Source of the DNA: an uncultured Selenomonadaceae bacterium
GTDB taxonomy: Bacteria > Bacillota > Negativicutes > Selenomonadales > Selenomonadaceae
NCBI GenBank assembly: GCA_905236285.1
Contig: CAJOPN010000106.1
Span: 1 to 59,636 of the forward strand
DNA length: 59,636 bases
Direction: 5' to 3'
The notes beneath the pieces are model-generated. The model saw only the letters and a list, made by a program, of their open reading frames with translations. It was not told where the DNA came from and searched no databases. Of this stretch, positions 36,785-45,900 are shown piece after piece. Position 1 is the first letter of the stretch. Every line of letters begins with the position of its first letter. The position numbers and the translations under genes were made by a program.

Positions 36785-37531
36785 ATGTCAAATGAAGATA
36801 TAATTTTTGGAAGAAATTCCGTGATTGAATTGCTGAAGAGCGGACGCAATATAAATAGAATTTTGATAGCCGAAGGAAACAGAGACGCTTCGATACAAAA
36901 AATAATTTCAATGGCGAAAGAAAAAAAAATAATTTTTGAAATAATTTCGCGTGAAAGACTTGATAAAATTTCCGGTAATCAAAATCATCAAGGTGTAATT
37001 GCATATACAACACCGATTGAATATTCTACACTTGAAGAAATTTTAAAATTCGCCGAAGAAAAAAATGAATCACCGTTTATAATTCTGCTTGACGAATTGG
37101 AAGATCCGCATAATTTCGGAGCAATTTTAAGAACGGCTGATGCGGTCGGAGTTCACGGCGTATTGATTCCGAAACGTCGAAGTGTTTCAATTAATTCAAC
37201 CGTTGCCAAAACTTCAGCCGGTGCAGTCGAATATGTAAAAGTTGCACAAATTGACAACGTTGCTCGAACTATCAAACAACTTAAAGAAAAATTTTTTACG
37301 ATAATCGGCAGCGATATTGACGGACTTGAAATTTTTAACGGAAGAATTTTTAATAATTTCAAAGATGCAATCGTTTTGATAATTGGAAGTGAAGGAAAAG
37401 GAATGAGAAGACTTACGAAAGAACATTGCGACCTTCTGTTGAAAATTCCGATGAGAGGAAAAATTAATTCACTCAATGCCTCAGTTGCTGCCGCTGTTTT
37501 AATGTATGAAATTTTTCGTCAAAGACAATGA
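36785..37531 (+). CDS. rlmB: 23S rRNA (guanosine-2'-O)-methyltransferase RlmB (SpoU/TrmH family)
   Basis: SpoU substrate-binding N-domain, DELEDPHNFGAILRTADA, IGSEGKGM, SLNASVAAAVLMYE. Confidence 0.9.
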   Translation: MSNEDIIFGRNSVIELLKSGRNINRILIAEGNRDASIQKIISMAKEKKIIFEIISRERLDKISGNQNHQGVIAYTTPIEYSTLEEILKFAEEKNESPFIILLDELEDPHNFGAILRTADAVGVHGVLIPKRRSVSINSTVAKTSAGAVEYVKVAQIDNVARTIKQLKEKFFTIIGSDIDGLEIFNGRIFNNFKDAIVLIIGSEGKGMRRLTKEHCDLLLKIPMRGKINSLNASVAAAVLMYEIFRQRQ

Positions 37532-38049
37532 GCAAAAAACGAGAATATTATTTGATTGACGGCTACAATTTGATTCACGCTTGGCAGGAATTGAAAGACG
37601 AAGATTTTTCAACGGCACGCGAACATTTAATAAATATTTTGATTGAATACGGAGCTTATGAAAAATTTGACATAACTTTGGTATTCGATGCCGGCTCAAC
37701 TGATGAACCTGAACGTTCAGAAAATTTAAATGAACATTTCAAAGTGATTTATACCGCGCAAAATGTAACTGCCGATAATGTGATTGAGCGTCTCGTCTAT
37801 GAACTAAAAAAGCAGAAAAAAGAAATTCATGTCGTCAGTTCCGATTCAATAATTGAAACTATGATTCTCGGCGCAGGTGCATATCGTCATCCTTCGCGTG
37901 AATTTTATCGTGCAGTAAAACGCGCAAAAAATCATCTGCGAAAAGAATTTTTAAGCAATGTTACATTACCGCTTGTCCGAAGTGAAGTTGGAGATCGTCT
38001 CGATGAAAAAGTTTTTGAAAAACTTGAGGCAATTCGACGACAAAAATAA
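37528..38049 (+). CDS. yacP: NYN-domain ribonuclease YacP/Rae1 family
   Basis: YYLIDGYNLIHAW ... VFDAG ... VVSSD pattern. Overlaps the rlmB stop (ATGA). Conserved position before sigH. Confidence 0.85.
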   Translation: MSKKREYYLIDGYNLIHAWQELKDEDFSTAREHLINILIEYGAYEKFDITLVFDAGSTDEPERSENLNEHFKVIYTAQNVTADNVIERLVYELKKQKKEIHVVSSDSIIETMILGAGAYRHPSREFYRAVKRAKNHLRKEFLSNVTLPLVRSEVGDRLDEKVFEKLEAIRRQK

Positions 38050-38050
38050 A

Positions 38051-38079
38051 TTGACTTAAAAAAAATATTGAAGTATAAT
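38051..38079 (+). promoter_or_regulatory. Sigma-A promoter candidate for sigH
   Basis: TTGACT (38051-38056), 17-nt spacer, TATAAT (38074-38079). Confidence 0.6.
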
Positions 38080-38131
38080 TCATTGCAGGAATTAAATTAA
38101 TTGTATAGAATAGTTTTAAGTTTATTTTGAA

Positions 38132-38890
38132 TTGATTATGGAAGTGGGTAATGTTGAAAATATGGAAATGGAATGTATTAACGATTATGAAAAATTTGAG
38201 TCACTAAGCGATGAAGAATTGATTGTCGAAATAAAAAATAATTCCAATACAGGCGCGCTCGATTATCTTATACATCGTTACAGAAGTTTCGTAAGAGCAA
38301 AAGCGCGTTCATATTTTTTAATCGGTGCCGACAGAGAAGACATTATTCAAGAAGGTATGATCGGATTTTACAAAGCGGTTCGCGATTTTAAAAGTGACAA
38401 ATTATCTTCTTTTCATGCTTTCGCCGAATTGTGCGTGACGCGACAAATTATTACTGCGATTAAAACTGCCACTCGTCAAAAACATATTCCGTTAAATTCT
38501 TACATTTCATTGAACAAACCGATTTATGATGAAGATTCGGATCGAACTTTGCTTGATGTTCTCTCCGGAGTGAAAGTTGCTGATCCCGAAGAATTGGTTA
38601 TAAGCCGCGAAGAATTTTTGACGATTGAACGAAAGATGGAAGAAATTTTGAGCGATCTTGAATGGCAGGTTCTAATGGCTTATCTCGACGGAAAATCTTA
38701 TCAAGAAATTGCTCAAGGATTAAATCGACATGTGAAATCAATCGACAACGCACTTCAAAGAGTAAAAAGAAAACTTGAAAGATATGTTGCAAGTCGCGGC
38801 GAAGCAATCGACATCAGCACCGTTTATAAAGGTCTTTCTTCAATCGATCGCCGACTCAAAAGTCATAACGAAAGAATGGCATCTCAATAA
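38132..38890 (+). CDS. sigH: RNA polymerase sigma-H factor
   Basis: LIHRYRSFVRAKARSYFLIGADREDIIQEGMIGFYKAVRDF (region 2), AELCVTRQIITAIKTATRQKH, region 4 HTH SYQEIAQGLNRHVKSIDNALQRVKRKL. The exact start (TTG 38132 or a downstream ATG) is uncertain. Confidence 0.88.
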   Translation: MIMEVGNVENMEMECINDYEKFESLSDEELIVEIKNNSNTGALDYLIHRYRSFVRAKARSYFLIGADREDIIQEGMIGFYKAVRDFKSDKLSSFHAFAELCVTRQIITAIKTATRQKHIPLNSYISLNKPIYDEDSDRTLLDVLSGVKVADPEELVISREEFLTIERKMEEILSDLEWQVLMAYLDGKSYQEIAQGLNRHVKSIDNALQRVKRKLERYVASRGEAIDISTVYKGLSSIDRRLKSHNERMASQ

Positions 38891-38896
38891 AAATTG

Positions 38897-38924
38897 TTGA
38901 CTGATTTAAATAAAAAGTTATAAT
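38897..38924 (+). promoter_or_regulatory. Sigma-A promoter candidate for yggS-sepF-copA
   Basis: TTGACT (38897-38902), 16-nt spacer, TATAAT (38919-38924). Confidence 0.55.
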
Positions 38925-38997
38925 ATATGGAGCATGAATTTTTTTAAAGTTAAAGAAAAAATGCTCTTTTTATTTTGAAATTTGGAGGCTGAAATTA

Positions 38998-39702
38998 TTG
39001 ACAGACATAAAAAATAATTTGCAGACTGTCAAAGATGAAATAGCTCTTGCGATTGAACGACGACGAAAAATTTTTGATGATGAAGTAAAACTCGTTGCCG
39101 TGACGAAAAATCATAATGTCGAGATGATGAGAGAGGCAATCGATCTCGGAGTGAATGAAATCGGCGAAAATCGAATACAGGAGGCGACCGAAAAATTTTC
39201 ATCACTCGACCGAAAAGTCAAGTGGCATTTAATCGGACACCTTCAAACAAATAAAGTTAAAGCCGCAGTAAAAATTTTTGATTTGATTCATTCAATCGAC
39301 AGCGAACATCTTGCAGTTGCAGTTAATCGCGCGGCAAAATCAACCGAAAAAATTCAAGATGTTTTGATTCAAGTCAATCTTGCAAAGGAAGAGTCAAAAA
39401 CCGGAATTGAAATTGAAAATTTGGACGAATTGATAAAAACGGTTGAATCTCTGGAAAATTTAAAATTGCGCGGCTTGATGATGATTGCACCGAATTATGA
39501 GGATGTTGAAGATTGTCGTCCGCTTTTCAAGAAGATGTATGAACTTTTTCAAGATTTAAAACAAAAAAATTCCGAAGTAAAATATTTGTCGATGGGAATG
39601 ACGCACGATTATAAAATTGCGATTGAAGAAGGAGCAAATATAATCAGAGTCGGAACAGCAATTTTTGGAGTGAGGGATTATCAATCGGAAATGAGGAAAT
39701 GA
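38998..39702 (+). CDS. yggS: PLP homeostasis protein YggS/YlmE
   Basis: LVAVTKNH (PLP lysine), IGENRIQE, HLIGHLQTNK, LSMGMTHDY, IRVGTAIFG. Confidence 0.92.
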   Translation: MTDIKNNLQTVKDEIALAIERRRKIFDDEVKLVAVTKNHNVEMMREAIDLGVNEIGENRIQEATEKFSSLDRKVKWHLIGHLQTNKVKAAVKIFDLIHSIDSEHLAVAVNRAAKSTEKIQDVLIQVNLAKEESKTGIEIENLDELIKTVESLENLKLRGLMMIAPNYEDVEDCRPLFKKMYELFQDLKQKNSEVKYLSMGMTHDYKIAIEEGANIIRVGTAIFGVRDYQSEMRK

Positions 39703-39706
39703 GAAA

Positions 39707-40231
39707 ATGGGATTAATAGATAAACTTTCGGATAAACTCGGCTTGACGAGCGAAGAGGAAGAAGAAGAAGTAAAAAAGCCTGTTAAGGAGGAAAAAATGG
39801 AAATCAAACAACCTGAAAAAAAGCCTGAACCTACAGTAATGCCTGCCTTTGGAGCGATTGAATCACCGATTGAAAATTTCGTCGGTCACAATGTTGTCGA
39901 TTTTAACTCTGAAATGGCGGCGAGAAAAAATATGTCAACACCTGTAAGCAAAGCAAAAATTAATACGATTCGACCGAAAAATTTCGATCATGCGCAGGAA
40001 GTCGCAAACAGTCTGCGTGATAAAATTCCCGTAATAATAAATTTTGAAGAGACCGATACCGAAACCGCGAAAAGAATTATTGATTTCATAAGCGGCACGA
40101 CTTACGCATTAAACGGCGACATCAAAAAAGTCAGTCAAAATGTTTTCGTCTGTGCTCCAAGCAGCGTAACCGTTACTTATACCGAAGACGAGAAAAAAAT
40201 TACCGGCGATATTCCTTGGCTTACGAAATGA
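39707..40231 (+). CDS. sepF: Cell division protein SepF
   Basis: MGLIDKLSDKLGL N-terminus, disordered linker, C-terminal domain PKNFDHAQEVANSLRDKIPVIINF ... DFISGTTYALNGDIKKVSQNVFVCAP. Confidence 0.9.
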   Translation: MGLIDKLSDKLGLTSEEEEEEVKKPVKEEKMEIKQPEKKPEPTVMPAFGAIESPIENFVGHNVVDFNSEMAARKNMSTPVSKAKINTIRPKNFDHAQEVANSLRDKIPVIINFEETDTETAKRIIDFISGTTYALNGDIKKVSQNVFVCAPSSVTVTYTEDEKKITGDIPWLTK

Positions 40232-40240
40232 TGATAAATT

Positions 40241-42679
40241 ATGAAAAAAGAAAATTATGATATAACGGGCATGAGCTGTTCAGCTTGCTCTTCGAGAGTT
40301 GAAAAAGCTGTTGCCAAAATTGTCGGCGCTGATAATGTCAGCGTTAATTTATTGACAAATTCAATGCAAGTCAGACACGACGAAAATATTTCATCTGAAC
40401 AGATAATTAACGCCGTCATCAATGCAGGTTACGGAGCAATTTTAAAATTGGAAAGCGCAAAACGAAATGAAAAAAATTCCGGACCGAAAATTGAAGATGA
40501 AATTGAAAATATGAAATTTCGCTTGAAGTGGTCGATAATTTTTTTGCTACCGACAATTTATTTGATGATGAGCGGCGCAGAAAAAATTTTTCAATTTTTA
40601 TTCGTACTGCCGATTATTTATTTAAATAGATTTTATTATTTGAACGGATTCAAGGCAATGTTCAACGGCTCGGCGAATATGAATTCACTCGTCGGACTCG
40701 GATCGGCTGCAGCGTTGATTTGCGGCGAATATGAAACGGCAGGAATGATTGTAACTTTGATAACTGTCGGAAAATTTTTGGAAGCACGTGCCAAAGGTAA
40801 AACTTCTCAAGCAGTTGAAAAACTTTTGGAAATGTCACCGAAACAGGCAAATGTGATTCGTGACGGGAATGAAATTACAATCGACGTGAAAGATTTAATT
40901 GTCGGCGATGAAATTATTGTCAGACCCGGTGAATCAATCGCGGCTGACGGAATTATAATTGACGGCGTGACGAGTGTTGACGAATCGACCATAACCGGCG
41001 AATCAATTCCCGTCAACAAAAATATCAATGACAAGGTTACAAGCGGCACGATTAATATCAACGGCGTAATTCATTTCAAAGCCGAAAAAGTCGGAGAAGA
41101 TACAACGATAAGCAAAATTATTGAACTCGTTGAAGAGGCGAGCGCGTCGAAAGCTCCCATTGCAAAACTTGCAGATAAAATTGCAGGTGTTTTTGTTCCG
41201 TCAGTAATTTTGATTGCCTTAATCGTCGGTGGAATTTGGATTGTTTCGGGAGCAACGATTGATTTTGCTTTTTCGATTGCAATTTCAATCTTGGTTATCA
41301 GTTGTCCTTGTGCTCTCGGTTTAGCGACTCCGGTTGCAATCATGGTCGGGACAGGAAAAGGTGCGGAAAACGGAATTTTAATTAAATCCGGTGAAGCATT
41401 GGAGACTGCACACTCAATAGATACAGTTGTTTTGGATAAGACGGGAACTCTCACAATCGGAAAACCGAAAGTTACAAATATTTTCATCAATTCGGAATTA
41501 AAAATTCAGAGTGAAGAATTTGTTTCGATTGCCGCAGGTCTTGAATCGGGAAGTGAACATCCTCTCGCCGAATCAATTTTGAATTTTGCCGAAGAAAAAA
41601 ATATTAAGCCTTCATCAATGAAAAATTTCAAGGCTGTTTTCGGAAAAGGTGTTGAGGCTCAACTTGAAGATAAAAAATATTTCGCCGGCAATGAAAAATT
41701 TTTCACCGATTTGAAAATTGATATTTCATCGATTAAAAATAAAATTGATGAGCTGGCTGATGAAGGAAAAACGCCGCTGATATTTGCATGCGACAAAAAA
41801 ATTATCGGAATAATCGCAGTTGCCGACGTTGAAAAATCGACGAGTGCCGCTGCGATTGATGAATTTAAAAATCTCGGAATTGACGTTGTAATGTTGACAG
41901 GAGACAATGAACGAACCGCAAAAGCAATCGCAAAAAAAATCGGAATCAAAAAAATTATCGCGGGAGTTTTGCCTGAAAATAAAGCAAATGAAATTTCAAA
42001 ATTGCAATCGGAAGGGCATAAAGTTGCAATGATCGGTGACGGAATTAATGACGCTCCGGCACTTGCAAAATCAAATCTCGGAATAGCAATCGGAGCAGGA
42101 ACTGATATTGCAATCGAATCCGCCGACGCAATTTTGATTCGTAATGATTTGCTTGATGCGGTAAGTGCAATTAAACTTGGCCGCGAAGTTTTAAAAAATA
42201 TCAAACAAAATCTTTTCTGGGCATTTTTTTACAATGTGATTTGTATTCCTCTTGCCGCAGGTGTATTTTATCCTTCGTTCGGTTTAAAACTTTCGCCGAT
42301 GATCGGAGCGGCGGCAATGAGTCTGAGCAGTTTTTGCGTCGTGATGAATGCTCTTCGTCTGCGTCTTTTTAAAGTAAATCATTCAAACGAAATCGAAACC
42401 AATTCAACAAAAAATTTTGAATCGACAATCAATAATATTTCCATTGAAACAAAAAAATCTGAGGAGGAAAATTTTATGACCAAAGAATTAAAAATTGAAG
42501 GCATGATGTGTCAACATTGCGTTAAACATGTCAATGATGCACTCTCAAAAATGGACGGTGTGACTGATGTCGTCGTAAGTCTTGAAGAAAAAAAAGCTGA
42601 TGTTACAATGGAACGAGAAATTTCAACGGACGAATTTAAAAAAGTTATCACAGATGCCGGCTACGAATTGGTCGGCTGA
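40241..42679 (+). CDS. copA: Copper-translocating P1B-type ATPase with N- and C-terminal HMA domains
   Basis: N-terminal GMSCSACSSRVEKA, SCPCALGLATP (CPC), DKTGTLT, GDGINDAP, and a C-terminal HMA domain GMMCQHCVKHV. Confidence 0.92.
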   Translation: MKKENYDITGMSCSACSSRVEKAVAKIVGADNVSVNLLTNSMQVRHDENISSEQIINAVINAGYGAILKLESAKRNEKNSGPKIEDEIENMKFRLKWSIIFLLPTIYLMMSGAEKIFQFLFVLPIIYLNRFYYLNGFKAMFNGSANMNSLVGLGSAAALICGEYETAGMIVTLITVGKFLEARAKGKTSQAVEKLLEMSPKQANVIRDGNEITIDVKDLIVGDEIIVRPGESIAADGIIIDGVTSVDESTITGESIPVNKNINDKVTSGTININGVIHFKAEKVGEDTTISKIIELVEEASASKAPIAKLADKIAGVFVPSVILIALIVGGIWIVSGATIDFAFSIAISILVISCPCALGLATPVAIMVGTGKGAENGILIKSGEALETAHSIDTVVLDKTGTLTIGKPKVTNIFINSELKIQSEEFVSIAAGLESGSEHPLAESILNFAEEKNIKPSSMKNFKAVFGKGVEAQLEDKKYFAGNEKFFTDLKIDISSIKNKIDELADEGKTPLIFACDKKIIGIIAVADVEKSTSAAAIDEFKNLGIDVVMLTGDNERTAKAIAKKIGIKKIIAGVLPENKANEISKLQSEGHKVAMIGDGINDAPALAKSNLGIAIGAGTDIAIESADAILIRNDLLDAVSAIKLGREVLKNIKQNLFWAFFYNVICIPLAAGVFYPSFGLKLSPMIGAAAMSLSSFCVVMNALRLRLFKVNHSNEIETNSTKNFESTINNISIETKKSEEENFMTKELKIEGMMCQHCVKHVNDALSKMDGVTDVVVSLEEKKADVTMEREISTDEFKKVITDAGYELVG

Positions 42680-42695
42680 AAAATTTAAAAAAATT

Positions 42696-42719
42696 GAAGT
42701 CAATAACGACTTCTTTTTT
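42696..42719 (+). terminator. Rho-independent terminator after copA
   Basis: GAAGTC (42696-42701), AATAAC loop, GACTTC (42708-42713), T6. Confidence 0.75.
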
Positions 42720-42721
42720 AT

Positions 42722-42750
42722 TTGCCACTCAAAATTTTTTGTGATATAAT
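42722..42750 (+). promoter_or_regulatory. Sigma-A promoter candidate (extended -10) for aqpZ
   Basis: TTGCCA (42722-42727), 17-nt spacer, TGaTATAAT (42742-42750). Confidence 0.6.
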
Positions 42751-42774
42751 GTTTTTTTGAAGGAGTGATAAATT

Positions 42775-43467
42775 TTGCGAAAATATATTGCTGAATCGAT
42801 CGGGACGATGGTACTTGTAATTTTAGGATGCGGTACTGCGATGCTCGTCGGCTGTAATGCTGCAAACGGCGGCGGTTATATTTTAACTGCGTTTGCATTC
42901 GGTTTATCAATCGTCGCGATGGCTTATTCAATCGGAAATATTTCAGGTTGTCATATTAATCCTGCTGTTTCGCTCGGAGTACTTTTAAGCGGCGGAATTG
43001 ATGCGCGTGAATTTTTGGGTTACGTCGTTGCTCAATGTATTGGTGCATTAATCGGTGCGGGACTTCTCGGAGCAATTTTTAATCTCGGAGGCGTGACTGA
43101 TATGACAGGCGGTCTCGGTACAAACGGACTTGCCGGAGTTAATGGCAGCTCTGTTGCAGGATTGCTCGTTGAAATTATTTTGACTTTTATTTTTGTAACT
43201 TGCATTTTGGGAGTAACTTCAAAAAGTTTTTCGCACGGTTCATTTGCAGGTCTTGTAATCGGTTTAACTTTAGTCGGCGTTCATATTCTTGGAATCGGCT
43301 TAACGGGGACAAGCGTCAATCCTGCTAGAAGTTTCGGACCTGCAGTAGTCGCCGCGATTTACGGAAATGCAGAACCGCTTTCATGTCTTTGGGTTTTTAT
43401 CGTCGGTCCTTTAATCGGTTCTGTTCTCGCCGCTTTCGTTTACAATTTTTTGGAAGCAGGCGATTGA
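42775..43467 (+). CDS. aqpZ: Aquaporin Z-like MIP channel
   Basis: Two NPA boxes (HINPAVSLG, SVNPARSFG), six TM helices. TTG start after AAGGAG. Confidence 0.9.
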   Translation: MRKYIAESIGTMVLVILGCGTAMLVGCNAANGGGYILTAFAFGLSIVAMAYSIGNISGCHINPAVSLGVLLSGGIDAREFLGYVVAQCIGALIGAGLLGAIFNLGGVTDMTGGLGTNGLAGVNGSSVAGLLVEIILTFIFVTCILGVTSKSFSHGSFAGLVIGLTLVGVHILGIGLTGTSVNPARSFGPAVVAAIYGNAEPLSCLWVFIVGPLIGSVLAAFVYNFLEAGD

Positions 43468-43487
43468 AAATTTTTTTAAAGCAATTA

Positions 43488-43527
43488 AAAATCCGTCAAT
43501 CAAATGCGATCGGCGGATTTTTTTTTT
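43488..43527. terminator. Hairpin terminator shared by convergent aqpZ and the small minus-strand gene
   Basis: AAAATCCGTC (43488-43497) pairs with GGCGGATTTT (43512-43521) with one G-U pair, followed by a long T-run. An A-run precedes it. Confidence 0.65.
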
Positions 43528-43538
43528 ACAAATATTTT

Positions 43539-43838
43539 TTAGAGACAATCTATTTCTTTAATTGCTCCGAATTGCATTAATGCTGATGCCTGCGTCGGAT
43601 CATCGTCTTCAGTTATGAGTCGTTTCACTTCCGCAAGATTTTCATCGGCTATATTAATTCTGTTTTCGGTACGCTCATTTTGAATTTTGCTCCAGAGAAG
43701 TTTTCTTGATGCCTGAGTGTCTTTATAAACGATATGATTATAAAAAATGTTCATTGACTGCTCAGATTTATTTTCGTCGCAATTAAAAAATATAAACGCT
43801 CTTTTGGTGCTGACACCTTTTTTCTTTACTTCTGCCAT
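43539..43838 (-). CDS. Hypothetical 99-aa protein
   Basis: ATG 43838 is preceded by AGAGGTGAAAAGG. It has its own consensus promoter. Sequence MAEVKKKGVSTKRAFIFFNCDENKSEQSMNIFYNHIVYKDT... has no recognised family. Confidence 0.55.
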   Translation of the reverse strand: MAEVKKKGVSTKRAFIFFNCDENKSEQSMNIFYNHIVYKDTQASRKLLWSKIQNERTENRINIADENLAEVKRLITEDDDPTQASALMQFGAIKEIDCL

Positions 43839-43868
43839 CCTTTTCACCTCTAAATAATTTTCTTTCTG

Positions 43869-43897
43869 ATTATAAATCAATTTTCCTTTCAAGTCAA
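43869..43897 (-). promoter_or_regulatory. Near-consensus sigma-A promoter for the small hypothetical gene
   Basis: On the minus strand: TTGACT (43897-43892), 17-nt spacer, TATAAT (43874-43869), about 30 nt upstream of ATG 43838. Confidence 0.65.
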
Positions 43898-43900
43898 ATT

Positions 43901-44812
43901 TTACTTGATGACTGCATTGAACTTTTCAATCATTTTAATCGGTTTGTATGATTCTTTCGCCTTACGAAGTCCTTCAAGCCCCAAATCTTCTTCGCGATTG
44001 ATGAATTTTATCTGCGACCATTCATTTGCAACAAATCCTTGATTGATTGCAGGATATGCTCCTCGAATTTCAGGATCTGCTTTTTCAACGTGAATGACTG
44101 CCGTATCGGAATTTAATTTTTCTCCGAATGTGAATGCCGCCACTTTTCCGTCAACTAAATATGCTCCACCTTTAAGTTTAAAAAAATCAAAGTCATCAAA
44201 AATTTCACAGATTGCCTGCTTTTCATGTGAAAGCAACCACGAATGAGGATTTTCGTCAGATGCAATTTCATACCAATGATTTGATGCAATTCGACATTGT
44301 TCAATTATATCGGCACTTATCGGCAAATATTCGGCATTCGGATATAATTCATAAAATCTGTTTAAATGATTTTTTTTGCTGTGATATTTTCGTCCTTTGA
44401 GATTTATTAAATCCTCTGCAAGATAAACATAATCCGAAGTATCCCGATTAAAATCAATTTCAATTTTCAAATCGGGAATTTTTTTTAGTTCATCGACGAA
44501 AAATTTTTCCAATGAGAAAAACATAAATTTTTTATTTTTACTGCAATCTTTCTTGTGACGCAGAACTTTTTCGACTGCCTCACGACGTTTTTCAGATGAA
44601 CATACCGGCTGCCATACTTTAATGCTTTTGTCACTCAATGAAAAAATGAAAAGTATGTCATCCTCCAATGTCCAATAGATATTATAACGATCTCTCCACA
44701 TATAAAAATTTGTAAAATTATGCTTTGAACTTTCAAAATAATCTTTGCTGTAAAATTCGTCAAAAATTGATTTATCATTTTTTTCAAGTTTTTTTAATTC
44801 TATCTCGTTCAC
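43901..44812 (-). CDS. DUF2156 (lysyl-phosphatidylglycerol synthase C-terminal domain-like) protein
   Basis: 303 aa. FTNFYMWRDRYNIYW, LKGRKYHSKKNHLNRF and the overall layout resemble stand-alone DUF2156 / MprF C-domain homologues (call from memory). Overlaps the ribD stop by 4 nt. Confidence 0.55.
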   Translation of the reverse strand: MNEIELKKLEKNDKSIFDEFYSKDYFESSKHNFTNFYMWRDRYNIYWTLEDDILFIFSLSDKSIKVWQPVCSSEKRREAVEKVLRHKKDCSKNKKFMFFSLEKFFVDELKKIPDLKIEIDFNRDTSDYVYLAEDLINLKGRKYHSKKNHLNRFYELYPNAEYLPISADIIEQCRIASNHWYEIASDENPHSWLLSHEKQAICEIFDDFDFFKLKGGAYLVDGKVAAFTFGEKLNSDTAVIHVEKADPEIRGAYPAINQGFVANEWSQIKFINREEDLGLEGLRKAKESYKPIKMIEKFNAVIK

Positions 44813-45900
44813 GTCCTTTCAATGTAACCGCTGATTAAAATGTCATTCTCTATCATTTCGGTTGAAATATTTTTAAGAGTGATTGCATCGGAAATATTTT
44901 TGAAACCGATTCCTTCGACTGAAGTTATTGATTCGCGTCCGCCGATAATTTTCGGAGCAATAAATGCATACATTTTATCGACGAGATCATTTTCAAGCAA
45001 TGAGAAATTCAAAGTGCCGCCGCCTTCGACAAATATTGAAGTGATTTCACGGCTTGCAAGTTCATTCATTAAAATATTTAAGTCAACCTGCGAATCGTCA
45101 CCTGCAAAAATAATTTCGACTCCGTGATTTTTTAATGCCTCAATTCTTCCTTGAGGAGCATTTTTTGTTACGGCAATAATTGTTTTTGCCTGATGATTCG
45201 TCACGACGTTTGAACTTAATGGAGTTCTTGCATTGCTGTCGACGATAATTCGGATTGGATTTTTTCCGCCGTAAATTCTTGCAGTCAAAATAGGATTGTC
45301 ATTTAAAACCGTTCCGATTCCTACCATCACCGCGTCGTGAATGTCTCTCATCTCGTGAACTCTCTGTCTTGAACTTTCGGAGGTTATCCATTTCGATTGA
45401 CCGGTTGAAGTTGCAATTTTTCCGTCGAAAGTCATTGCCGTTTTAATCGTTACGAACGGTAATTTTGTCGTCACCCATTTCAAAAAAATTTCATTCAACC
45501 AGCGTGCCTCATCTTCCAACAATCCGACTTCAACATCAATTCCCGAATCTCTCAAAATTTTAAAGCCGTTGCCTGAAACTTTAGGATTTGGATCACTCAT
45601 TGCCGCGAAAACTTTTTTGATTCCTGCGTCGACGATTGCATTTGCACACGGCGGAGTTTTTCCGAAATGAGAACAAGGTTCAAGCGTAACATACATCGTT
45701 GCACCTTTCGCAAGTTCTCCTGCCATTTTAAGTGCGTGAATTTCTGCATGTTCCGTTCCAACTTGTCTGTGCCAGCCTTCCGCAATGATTCGATTTTCTT
45801 TAACGATTATTGCGCCGACCATCGGATTCGGTGAAGTTCTTCCTATTGAATTTTTTGCTATCCTTAACGCCTCACGCATATAATTTTCATCTGTCATCAT
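44809..45900 (-). CDS. ribD: Bifunctional riboflavin biosynthesis deaminase/reductase RibD
   Basis: [32 protein letters not shown] (CDA zinc motif), and a C-terminal reductase domain. Confidence 0.93.
   Translation of the reverse strand: MMTDENYMREALRIAKNSIGRTSPNPMVGAIIVKENRIIAEGWHRQVGTEHAEIHALKMAGELAKGATMYVTLEPCSHFGKTPPCANAIVDAGIKKVFAAMSDPNPKVSGNGFKILRDSGIDVEVGLLEDEARWLNEIFLKWVTTKLPFVTIKTAMTFDGKIATSTGQSKWITSESSRQRVHEMRDIHDAVMVGIGTVLNDNPILTARIYGGKNPIRIIVDSNARTPLSSNVVTNHQAKTIIAVTKNAPQGRIEALKNHGVEIIFAGDDSQVDLNILMNELASREITSIFVEGGGTLNFSLLENDLVDKMYAFIAPKIIGGRESITSVEGIGFKNISDAITLKNISTEMIENDILISGYIERT

Noticed and set aside
41071-42204. Antisense ORFs of 139 and 181 aa inside copA
   Set aside because: These are shadow ORFs opposite a strongly supported P-type ATPase gene. 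Their sequences are low-complexity (I/S/A/P-rich) with no motifs.
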